Below, piece by piece: positions 8,498 through 15,417 of a stretch of DNA of 32,000 nt. How positions within the stretch are numbered: the stretch's first letter is position 1; every line of letters starts with the position of its first letter. The notes under the pieces are model-generated. The model saw only the letters and a program-made list of their open reading frames with translations. It had not been told where the DNA came from and did no database searches. Source of the stretch: Megasphaera elsdenii DSM 20460 (GTDB lineage: Bacteria; Bacillota; Negativicutes; Veillonellales; Megasphaeraceae); contig NZ_CP027570.1 of NCBI RefSeq assembly GCF_003010495.1, positions 30,001 to 62,000 on the forward strand, written 5' to 3'. The translations under genes were made by a program, and so were the position numbers.

Positions 8498-8533
8498 AAA
8501 AAAGGACTTGTCGTCGTACGACAAGCCCTTTTG
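8498..8533 (-). terminator. Rho-independent terminator after the M15-like gene, about 20 nt before the hydrolase RBS
   Basis: The minus strand reads GGGCUUGUCG, loop uacga, CGACAAGUCC (one G-U pair), followed by U6. Confidence 0.8.
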
Positions 8534-8549
8534 AGTTTGAAGTTGTTTC

Positions 8550-9347
8550 TTACCCTTTATAATTTTCCGGATAGATTGTGATGTCGTAGTGGTTCTTGTC
8601 CCATTCGTGGGTAATCTGGTGTTTATACGGCGACAAGGCGTTGATGAGGACTTCGTAGGCTTTGGTGCCCTGGTAGATGCCATCATCGGAGATGTCGACT
8701 TTATAACCATTTTCATGGGAATAGATACCGCTGGCGTGGTAACCGCTTTCGGCACCGCCGGTAATGACGAAGGAAATGCCGGCCTGGCGGGCTTCCGTAT
8801 TCAGACGGTCCAGGAAGGCGATGGTCGAGCTCTGGAAATGAGCCGTATCGGTCGTCCAGTTGCTGTCCCACGGCGTATCCATGCCTTCAGTGCTGCTCCA
8901 CTTGCGCAGGTTGCTCTTGCCGAAATCACGGCGGTACGCATAGGCGTCGGCAATGGCCGCATCATACGAGTCATGCTGGTACTGATACTGGTACTGGTCT
9001 TCATATTTCTGACGGTTCCAGGCCGTGACCGGCGTAGCCATGTGCTGCGATTCGGCATAGTGGTACTTGACAGTGTCGGGCGTAATCGTCCCGGGGTTGT
9101 CGATATTAGAAAAGGCCGATGCCGGAATCAGGGCGTGGACGCGGTCCCGAAGGCGGTCACCGATCTTATCGGAGTTTTTATTTTCAGTGGTTTTATCTTT
9201 CTTTTTGGCTTTGTCCTGTGCCTGTACCTGAGCCATGGCAGCGACGGCCGGAGATACGGTTTCCGCATCTTTGACCTGTGCAGCCGAAGCCGTGACGGTT
9301 CCCATAAGACAGCAGAGAAACAGAATGGTAATGATAGACTTCTTCAT
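8550..9347 (-). CDS. Secreted protein with a C-terminal M15/LAS-type (Hedgehog/DD-peptidase fold) zinc-peptidase-like domain
   Basis: The start is moved to ATG 9347 (MKKSIITILFLCCLMGTVTASA, a signal peptide) with SD AAGGGGGA. The C-terminal domain FVITGGAESGYHASGIYSHENGYKVDIS...NHYDITI fits the M15 pattern itSGyR..S.H..G.AvDi...HvD, giving H-x6-D plus a distal H as putative Zn ligands. The functional call is tentative. Confidence 0.55.
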   Translation of the reverse strand: MKKSIITILFLCCLMGTVTASAAQVKDAETVSPAVAAMAQVQAQDKAKKKDKTTENKNSDKIGDRLRDRVHALIPASAFSNIDNPGTITPDTVKYHYAESQHMATPVTAWNRQKYEDQYQYQYQHDSYDAAIADAYAYRRDFGKSNLRKWSSTEGMDTPWDSNWTTDTAHFQSSTIAFLDRLNTEARQAGISFVITGGAESGYHASGIYSHENGYKVDISDDGIYQGTKAYEVLINALSPYKHQITHEWDKNHYDITIYPENYKG

Positions 9348-9414
9348 TAAATTCCCCCTTAAAATACTGAAATTATGTGTATGACATTTACTTGTTTTCA
9401 CGAACAACATTTCA

Positions 9415-9443
9415 ATTATATCATATTCAGGGGAATTTGAAAA
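9415..9443 (-). promoter_or_regulatory. Candidate promoter for the M15-like gene
   Basis: The minus strand reads TTTTCA (9443-9438), a 17-nt spacer, then TGaTATAAT (extended -10; TATAAT at 9420-9415). Confidence 0.4.
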
Positions 9444-9449
9444 GTCCAG

Positions 9450-10622
9450 TTACGAACCCAGGAGCTCGCGCTGCTCGATTTCCTGGGCCGCTGCTTCATC
9501 CTGGTCAGCTCTCTTCGTATCGCCTAACTTGCGCCAGACCTGGCTGCGCAGGCGATAGCCGTCTTCATAGGGCTTGATGGCCAGGGCCTGGCTCAGGTAC
9601 TGCACCGCCCGCCGGTAGTCGCCCTGGTCTATGGCCAGTTGGCCCAGACTGTCGTAGACGGCCAGCTTATCGTCATCATCTGTCGCCAGGCGGATGGACT
9701 GGTCGTAGTCCCGTTTGGCCAGGTCGAATTGTTTCAAGTGGCGGTAACATTCGCCGCGGTTGTTGTAATCCATAGCCGTTTCCTTCAGTGCCAGGGCTCT
9801 GGTCAAGTCGGCAATGGCCAGCTCATCCTGACCCATCTTGGCATAGACCAGGCCCCGTTCGGAATAGACCCGGCTGTCGTCGGGATGGCGTTTCACCGCT
9901 TCCTGGAGCAGGGCCAGGGACTGGTCATAGAAACCGGCTTCTTCGGCGACGGACCCGGCCAGGAAGTAATCGCCGCGGTGCATGAGTTCGTACATGACGC
10001 CGACATGGCGGCTCCGATCGGCCAATTTCTTATCGCCTTTCTTTTCATAGACCAGGCTTTCGAGGAAATAATTATGCGGGAAGGCCGGCGCCAGCTTTTC
10101 ACCCTGCTTGAGGTCGGCCAGGGCTTTGTCGTAGGCTTCTATGGCCGTATAGGCCCGGGCCCGATTGAAATACATCAGTCCCTGCAGGTGATCCCCGTTC
10201 TGGCTCAGGGACAAGGCCTTGGTATAATCGTTGACAGCCAGCTGGTATTCTTTACGCTGTTCATAGATAGCGCCGCGGTTGAAATAATGGAAGGCTGCGC
10301 CCGGTTCCAGGGAAATGGCCTTGTCACAATCGGCCAGGGCCTGGTCATAGCGTCCCAAAAGGGCGTAAATAGCGCTGCGGCGGTCGTAGGCATCGGCATC
10401 GCCGGGATGGGCTTCGATCTGGCCGTTGACGATCTGCAGGGCCTTGTCATAATCCTTGGCCCGGACGGCCTGCAACAGGTCGCTTTTCCCATCGGTCTGC
10501 AAGGCGATGGCTCCTCCGCCCGCGCCTTCCGGTATCTTCTCATCGTTAGCCAGGGACAGGCAGGGAACGGCCAAAAAGCATGAAATCAGCCCGGCTAAGA
10601 TACATTCTTTCCATCGTCTCAT
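9450..10622 (-). CDS. Secreted tetratricopeptide (TPR) repeat protein
   Basis: The start is moved to ATG 10622 (MRRWKECILAGLISCFLAVPCLSLA, a signal peptide) with SD AGGGGG. The rest consists of about 9 consecutive 34-aa TPR-like units (A..Y.NRG..Y...g.Y..A..D..KA..L.P). Confidence 0.85.
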   Translation of the reverse strand: MRRWKECILAGLISCFLAVPCLSLANDEKIPEGAGGGAIALQTDGKSDLLQAVRAKDYDKALQIVNGQIEAHPGDADAYDRRSAIYALLGRYDQALADCDKAISLEPGAAFHYFNRGAIYEQRKEYQLAVNDYTKALSLSQNGDHLQGLMYFNRARAYTAIEAYDKALADLKQGEKLAPAFPHNYFLESLVYEKKGDKKLADRSRHVGVMYELMHRGDYFLAGSVAEEAGFYDQSLALLQEAVKRHPDDSRVYSERGLVYAKMGQDELAIADLTRALALKETAMDYNNRGECYRHLKQFDLAKRDYDQSIRLATDDDDKLAVYDSLGQLAIDQGDYRRAVQYLSQALAIKPYEDGYRLRSQVWRKLGDTKRADQDEAAAQEIEQRELLGS

Positions 10623-10689
10623 AACGAGCCCCCTATCTTTCGGAATTTGCTTTACTTTATAAATTTCGACACAGGCCCGCCAAAATCCT

Positions 10690-10718
10690 GCTAACAAATG
10701 AAAATAATATGCTATAAT
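10690..10718 (+). promoter_or_regulatory. Candidate promoter for the esterase gene
   Basis: An extended -10, TGcTATAAT (10710-10718), with a weak -35 (gCTAACa) about 17 nt upstream. Confidence 0.45.
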
Positions 10719-10745
10719 GAAGAAAAAATGTAAGGAGAAATATGC

Positions 10746-11777
10746 ATGCAAATATTCAAAGGCAAGGAAAAATCTAAAAAACAGCTGCTAACCCTGGCCT
10801 TGATGGGGTTGATGTGTATAGGAGGCAATGCCATGGCCACCCAGGTAAACGTCGACTCGGCGACGAAAGACATGCCGGGAAAAGTAGAAAGCACGAAGCT
10901 ATCCGTGCCGGTAAAGACACCGGTCATCAATCAGATTTCCGATGTCGTATATGAACAAGTCCCCATGCGGGGCTACCCCAACGTGGCCATGAAGATGGAC
11001 ATCCTTCAGCCGAAATCAGCTGCGAAACTGCCTGCCATCGTTTATGTCACAGGCGGCGGCTTCATCAACGCCAATAAGGACAATGGCATCCAGCTCCGCA
11101 TGCACCTGGCCGAAGCGGGCTATGTCGTCGCTTCCATCCAGTACCGTGTCGCACCGACGGCCCGCTTCCCGGAACCCCTGGAAGATGTGAAGGCCTCTAT
11201 CCGCTATTTGAAAGCCCATGCAGACCAATTCGGCATCGACCCGGAACGAATCGGCATCATCGGCGGCAGTGCCGGCGGCTATCTCACGGCGATGGCGGCG
11301 ACGACCAGCGGCACGAAAACCTTCGACAAAGGCGATAATCTCCAGGTCGGCAGCGACGTCAAAGCCGCCGTCGACCTCTACGGCCTCTCTGACCTGACCC
11401 GCATCGGCGATGACTATAATGATTCCGTGAAAAAAGCCCACCGATCGGCCGGCGCCACCGAAGCCCTTTGGGTGAACGGCTCTGCCGTATTCGGCGGCCA
11501 CGACGGCGGCATCCTGGCCAATCCGGAAGGCGCCCAAAAGGCCAACCCCATCACGTACATTTCCCAGACCAGTGCGCCCCTGCTGCTCATGCACGGCACG
11601 AATGACACCGTCGTTTCCCCGAGCCAGACGGACCTGCTCTTCCAGGCCCTCCAGAAACATCATGTCCCGTCAAAACGCTACCTGGTAGAAGGCGCGGCCC
11701 ATGGCGGCATCTACTGGAACCAAAAAGAAGTACTCGACATCATCACGACCTTCTTCGATTCGTATTTGAAAAAATAG
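10746..11777 (+). CDS. Secreted alpha/beta-hydrolase (carboxylesterase/lipase-type)
   Basis: 343 aa with an N-terminal signal peptide, oxyanion-hole motif VTGGGF, nucleophile elbow GGSAGG, and C-terminal HGTNDTVV and GAAHGG (catalytic Asp/His region). SD AAGGAG lies 8 nt upstream. Confidence 0.85.
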   Translation: MQIFKGKEKSKKQLLTLALMGLMCIGGNAMATQVNVDSATKDMPGKVESTKLSVPVKTPVINQISDVVYEQVPMRGYPNVAMKMDILQPKSAAKLPAIVYVTGGGFINANKDNGIQLRMHLAEAGYVVASIQYRVAPTARFPEPLEDVKASIRYLKAHADQFGIDPERIGIIGGSAGGYLTAMAATTSGTKTFDKGDNLQVGSDVKAAVDLYGLSDLTRIGDDYNDSVKKAHRSAGATEALWVNGSAVFGGHDGGILANPEGAQKANPITYISQTSAPLLLMHGTNDTVVSPSQTDLLFQALQKHHVPSKRYLVEGAAHGGIYWNQKEVLDIITTFFDSYLKK

Positions 11778-11780
11778 AAA

Positions 11781-11812
11781 AGAGGCTGTCGCACGTGCGA
11801 CAGCCTCTTTTC
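11781..11812. terminator. Bidirectional terminator between the esterase gene and the feo operon
   Basis: A perfect 28-nt palindrome, agaggctgtcgcac/gtgcgacagcctct, flanked by A-rich and T-rich runs. Confidence 0.85.
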
Positions 11813-11817
11813 TTATG

Positions 11818-12003
11818 CTATTTCTGGCAGCACGGAGGCAGTTTCGAGTTGCCTCCCGTTTTTGTTTTGCTGCTGGATGAGCAGCTGCCGGAGCAATGGC
11901 TGCAGCAGCTGGTGGTTCCGTTGAACAGACCACGGATATGATGGATGAAGTACGCTACGGCCATGAGGACGACGATAGCGACGATGATGGTTGCAGGACT
12001 CAT
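11818..12003 (-). CDS. FeoB-associated Cys-rich small membrane protein
   Basis: The start is moved to ATG 12003 with a perfect AGGAGG SD. The 61-aa product has one TM (MSPATIIVAIVVLMAVAYFI) and a Cys cluster, CCSHCSGSC...CC. It lies directly downstream of feoB. Confidence 0.8.
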   Translation of the reverse strand: MSPATIIVAIVVLMAVAYFIHHIRGLFNGTTSCCSHCSGSCSSSSKTKTGGNSKLPPCCQK

Positions 12004-12050
12004 AGATATACCTCCTCCCGGGATTAGCAAATTAGCGATTATTAGTTGTG

Positions 12051-12098
12051 AGAGCAACCTCTCCGGCCCTTTGGGCCACCTCCCCTATGAGGGGAGGC
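12051..12098 (-). repeat. Family-A ~47-nt repeat, copy 2, inside the feo operon (feoB / Cys-rich gene spacer)
   Basis: agagcaacctctccggccctttgggccacctcccctatgaggggaggc. On the transcribed strand it has an 8-bp hairpin (CCUCCCCU/AGGGGAGG) and a 5-bp hairpin (GGCCC/GGGCC). TGTTAGTGG lies immediately 5' on the RNA (12110-12102). Confidence 0.85.
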
Positions 12099-12141
12099 AG
12101 GCCACTAACATTATACGTTATGGAAGGGGTTGTTTCAAGGC

Positions 12142-14577
12142 TTAGGCGCCGAGGCCGGCCATGAGGGCCAGGTGATAGGTGACGAAGGCCAGGACGTACG
12201 AGAGGACGAGGCACATGCCGTTGCTGGCGAGGAGCATTTTCCACGAGCCCGTTTCACGTTTGATGACGGCCATGGCAGCGACGCACGGCATGTAGAGCAG
12301 GACGAAGACCATGAGCGACAGGGCGACGGCCTGGTTGAAGTCCGGATCATCTCTGAGGTAAGCGACGAGGCCCGATTCATGAGTATCGTCCCCGCCGACG
12401 CTGTAAATCGTACCCAGCGTGGAGACCATGACTTCTTTAGCAGCCGTGCAGGCGATGAGGCCTACGCCGATCTTCCAGTCGAAGCCGAGCGGTGCGATGA
12501 CCGGTTCTACGAAGTGACCGAGGCGGGCCGCATAGGACTGTTCCAATTTTTCAGCATTCTGCTGATCTTCGAGCTTAGACGTTTCGTCGTCCGCATCGGC
12601 TTTGGCATCGAAGAGCGGCAGGGCCTGGGCGAAGACGGCCGGATTCTGTTCCTGGAGATCGGCGAAGCTCTGCGGGTATTTGCCCATGAAGAGGTTATCT
12701 TCTGCATTTTCAGAGTCTTTGACCTGGTCTTCAACGGAGCTCAAAGCAGCAGCCGGGTTCAAGGCGTTGCCCGTATCGGCTTCGTTTTCATCGGCTTCGT
12801 CAGCGGCTTCATCGGCGGCGGCGACCATGGATTCATACATCTCATTCAAGGCGTCATTGTCTTCGATAGCACTGAGGCCATAGGACTGGAGGATGTCAGA
12901 TTGTTTCTGTTCCATTTCGGCTGTGACCTGATCTTTAGCGGCATCGAAATCCTGGGAATAATCGACATCCACCGGGTAAGCTGTGAGGAACCAAACCAGG
13001 ACAGAGGCACCGAGGATGAAGGTACCGGCTTTCTTGAGGTACAAGACCGTGCGTTCCCACATGTGCATGAGGACGCCTTTCAAGGTCGGAATGTGATACG
13101 GCGGCATTTCCATGACGAACGGTTCCTGTTCCCCTTTAAAGGTCGTGTGACGGAGGACCAGGGCGACGCAGATGGAAATAACGATGCCTAAGAGGTAAAT
13201 GCCGAAGAGGACTGTACCGCCGTGGCCGGAAGCGCCGAAGAAAGCAGCGATGAGCAGGGTGTATACGGGCAGGCGGGCGCCGCAGCTCATGAACGGGCAG
13301 GCCAGGATTGTGACCAGACGGTCTTTTTCGTTATCCAAGGTACGAGCGGCCATAATGCCCGGTACGTTGCAGCCAAAGCCGAGGATCATGGGGATAAAGG
13401 ACTTGCCGTGCAGCCCCAGGGCACGCATGGCGCGGTCGATGAGGAAAGCGGCGCGGGCCATATAGCCCGTATCTTCGAGAAGGCTGATGAATAAATACAA
13501 GAGGACGATAAGCGGGACGAAGGATAGGACGGAGCCGACACCACCGATGACGCCGTCGACGACGAGAGACCGGAGCTGTTCATCTTCGATGACATCACTG
13601 CACCAGTCGCCGAGCATGGAAAAGCCCGTATCGAGCCATCCCTGTGGGTAAGCGCCAACGTTGATGACGACGACGAACATGAGCCACATGAGGGCCAGGA
13701 AAATAGGAATCCCTAAATAGCGATGAGTCAAGACACTGTCGATCTTATCGGATAAGGAGTCGCTGGAACCGACATTGATAATCGATTTATTAAATACGTC
13801 TGTTGCGAATTGATATCGGCATTGAGCGAAATAAAAATCCAAATCAATCTTGCTGGTCAGAGAATCGCGCAGGGTCGAAGCCAGGGCCAGGATGGACTGG
13901 GTGCCTTCCATGGCACGGACTTTTTCGACGGCATCAGAGTCGTTTTCCAAGAGCTTGACAGCCAGCCAGCGGACCGGATATTTGATGATGCCCATTTTTT
14001 CGATGGCATCGGTCAAATTGGCGATAGCCGGTTCGACGTCGGGACCATAATCGACTTTGGCATTGACCAGGTCCTTCGTCTGCGTGCCGGAAATGGCGTC
14101 GAGCAATTCTTTCGTGCCGATGTTCTTGCTGCCGACAAGGGGCACGACGACGGCGCCGAGCTGCTGTCCCAGTTTCTTGAAGTCGATTTTGATGCCCATG
14201 CGGTCGGCAATATCCATCATGTTCAGGGCGATGACCATGGGCCGGCCCAGTTCGACAAGCTGTGCCGCCAGATATAAGTTACGTTCCAGGTTGGACGCAT
14301 CGAGGACGTTGACGATGATGTCCGGTTTTTCATTGATGATGACGTTACGGGCGACGACTTCGTCCAGGGACCGCGCCGTCAGGCTGTATGTACCCGGCAG
14401 GTCGACGAAGAGCAGGTCCTTGCCGTTGAAGGTGCGATGGCCTTCTTTCTTTTCAACAGTAACGCCAGGATAGTTGCCGACGTGCTGTTTGGCGCCGGTA
14501 ATGTTGTTAAAAATCGTCGTTTTACCGCAGTTCGGATTGCCGGCCAGGGCAATCTTGATTTTTGCTGCATTTTCCAT
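12142..14577 (-). CDS. feoB: Ferrous iron transporter FeoB (G-domain plus membrane permease)
   Basis: 811 aa with N-terminal GTPase motifs (GNPNCGKTT, DLPG, NMMD) and a polytopic membrane domain with the conserved Cys gate motifs. It contains a long acidic insert. Confidence 0.97.
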   Translation of the reverse strand: MENAAKIKIALAGNPNCGKTTIFNNITGAKQHVGNYPGVTVEKKEGHRTFNGKDLLFVDLPGTYSLTARSLDEVVARNVIINEKPDIIVNVLDASNLERNLYLAAQLVELGRPMVIALNMMDIADRMGIKIDFKKLGQQLGAVVVPLVGSKNIGTKELLDAISGTQTKDLVNAKVDYGPDVEPAIANLTDAIEKMGIIKYPVRWLAVKLLENDSDAVEKVRAMEGTQSILALASTLRDSLTSKIDLDFYFAQCRYQFATDVFNKSIINVGSSDSLSDKIDSVLTHRYLGIPIFLALMWLMFVVVINVGAYPQGWLDTGFSMLGDWCSDVIEDEQLRSLVVDGVIGGVGSVLSFVPLIVLLYLFISLLEDTGYMARAAFLIDRAMRALGLHGKSFIPMILGFGCNVPGIMAARTLDNEKDRLVTILACPFMSCGARLPVYTLLIAAFFGASGHGGTVLFGIYLLGIVISICVALVLRHTTFKGEQEPFVMEMPPYHIPTLKGVLMHMWERTVLYLKKAGTFILGASVLVWFLTAYPVDVDYSQDFDAAKDQVTAEMEQKQSDILQSYGLSAIEDNDALNEMYESMVAAADEAADEADENEADTGNALNPAAALSSVEDQVKDSENAEDNLFMGKYPQSFADLQEQNPAVFAQALPLFDAKADADDETSKLEDQQNAEKLEQSYAARLGHFVEPVIAPLGFDWKIGVGLIACTAAKEVMVSTLGTIYSVGGDDTHESGLVAYLRDDPDFNQAVALSLMVFVLLYMPCVAAMAVIKRETGSWKMLLASNGMCLVLSYVLAFVTYHLALMAGLGA

Positions 14578-14595
14578 GACTACTATGTACCCCCT

Positions 14596-14832
14596 TTATG
14601 ATTCAACAGCGACGGAAATCATGGCCGCTTCATTCATACGCAATGCCAGTGCGCACCCTTTGACTTTGACTTCGACAGGGTCTCCAAGCGGGGCCTTTTT
14701 GAAGACCGTAATGTGCGAGCCCTTGACGACGCCCATGTCGACGAGGCGGTGCTGGATGTTCCCCCGCCCTTCTAAGGCTTCGACGACGCCCGACTGGCCG
14801 ACTTTCATTTCGGCTAATGAAACAATTTTCAT
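14596..14832 (-). CDS. feoA: FeoA family ferrous iron transport protein
   Basis: 78 aa with an SH3-like FeoA pattern (L..M..G....V......G......L..MG...G..I.V....P.GDP). It lies directly upstream of feoB, with an AGGGGAG SD. Confidence 0.92.
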   Translation of the reverse strand: MKIVSLAEMKVGQSGVVEALEGRGNIQHRLVDMGVVKGSHITVFKKAPLGDPVEVKVKGCALALRMNEAAMISVAVES

Positions 14833-14855
14833 GACTAACTCCCCTTTTCTGGCCC

Positions 14856-15146
14856 TCAGACGGCTTCTTCCGTCCGGGCGGCTAATATGCTCTTCAGCGC
14901 GTTCGAGCTGCTCGTATGGGAACGGACGACTTCGACGTTCTTGCGCTGCGCTTCCTTGATGGCGCAGCGGACCATACTGTGGCTCACGGTGCTGGTAAAT
15001 AACACGACAAGATCCGGCGATCCGATTTTCGACTTGAAATCGCTCGGTACTTGTGTAAAGACTTTGGCCTTATAATCGTATTCTTTGCAGATACGCTTAT
15101 AACGACAAACCATACAATCATTTCCACCTACGATGACGACACTCAT
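14856..15146 (-). CDS. DUF2325-type small protein (first gene of the feo operon)
   Basis: 96 aa, MSVVIVGGNDCMVCRYKRICKEYDY...DLVVLFTSTVSHSMVRCAIKEAQR. From memory this matches the DUF2325 pattern that is commonly feo-linked in Firmicutes. AAGGAG SD. Confidence 0.75.
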   Translation of the reverse strand: MSVVIVGGNDCMVCRYKRICKEYDYKAKVFTQVPSDFKSKIGSPDLVVLFTSTVSHSMVRCAIKEAQRKNVEVVRSHTSSSNALKSILAARTEEAV

Positions 15147-15198
15147 TTACCTCGCTCCTTTCAGCTCCGTAAATAATACTCACACATCCCTTCTTTTA

Positions 15199-15213
15199 TG
15201 ATAATATATTTCA
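15199..15213 (-). promoter_or_regulatory. Fur-box-like operator just downstream of the feo promoter
   Basis: The minus strand reads TGAAATAtATTATCA, against the Bacillus-type 7-1-7 Fur consensus TGATAATnATTATCA. That is 11/14 matches, with the second half-site perfect. It lies about +5 to +20 relative to the -10. Confidence 0.4.
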
Positions 15214-15224
15214 TTACCAAAAAC

Positions 15225-15253
15225 ATTATATATTTTTTCACATAGTCTGTCAA
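15225..15253 (-). promoter_or_regulatory. Perfect-consensus sigma70 promoter of the DUF2325-feoAB operon
   Basis: The minus strand reads TTGACA (15253-15248), exactly 17 nt, then TATAAT (15230-15225). Confidence 0.75.
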
Positions 15254-15277
15254 TAGATGTTATTGAAATTCATTTAT

Positions 15278-15318
15278 AAAAAAGGGACTTGTCGTTTTGC
15301 GACAAGTCCCTTTTTAGG
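15278..15318. terminator. Rho-independent terminator after the P-type ATPase cassette (bidirectional form)
   Basis: A6, then gggacttgtcg, loop ttttg, cgacaagtccc, then T5. The stem is 11 bp and perfect. The stem core GGACTTGTCG/CGACAAG is shared with the terminator at 8504-8528. Confidence 0.85.
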
Positions 15319-15367
15319 GGCGCCCGTTCACGCCAATCCGTTCACAGACAGCTTACATATACCTGAC

Positions 15368-15393
15368 GGGCTCGCCACATGCGAGCCCCTACA
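15368..15393 (-). repeat. GC-hairpin+CTAC element (family C), copy 2, 25 nt downstream of the ATPase stop
   Basis: gggctcgc (15368-15375), loop cacat, gcgagccc (15381-15388), then ctaca. It is near-identical to 23402-23427. Confidence 0.8.
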
Positions 15394-15417
15394 AATATGG
15401 GCATGGGCGAGCCCTTA

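Noticed and set aside
9348-9410. Tracked upstream start codons for several genes (9410, 10751, 12057, 8499, 22841, 23412, 29567)
   Set aside because: In each case an internal start has a strong SD at proper spacing and yields a sensible N-terminus (a signal peptide or a conserved start). The extension runs through promoters, terminators or repeats.
12130-13191. 353-aa plus-strand ORF opposite feoB, and the similar long antisense ORFs at 15835..16941, 25486..26559, 26511..27587 and 28074..29528
   Set aside because: All lie antisense to highly conserved genes (feoB, the P-type ATPase, prmA, dnaJ, dnaK). They arise from codon-position GC bias, and none has recognisable motifs or a start context.
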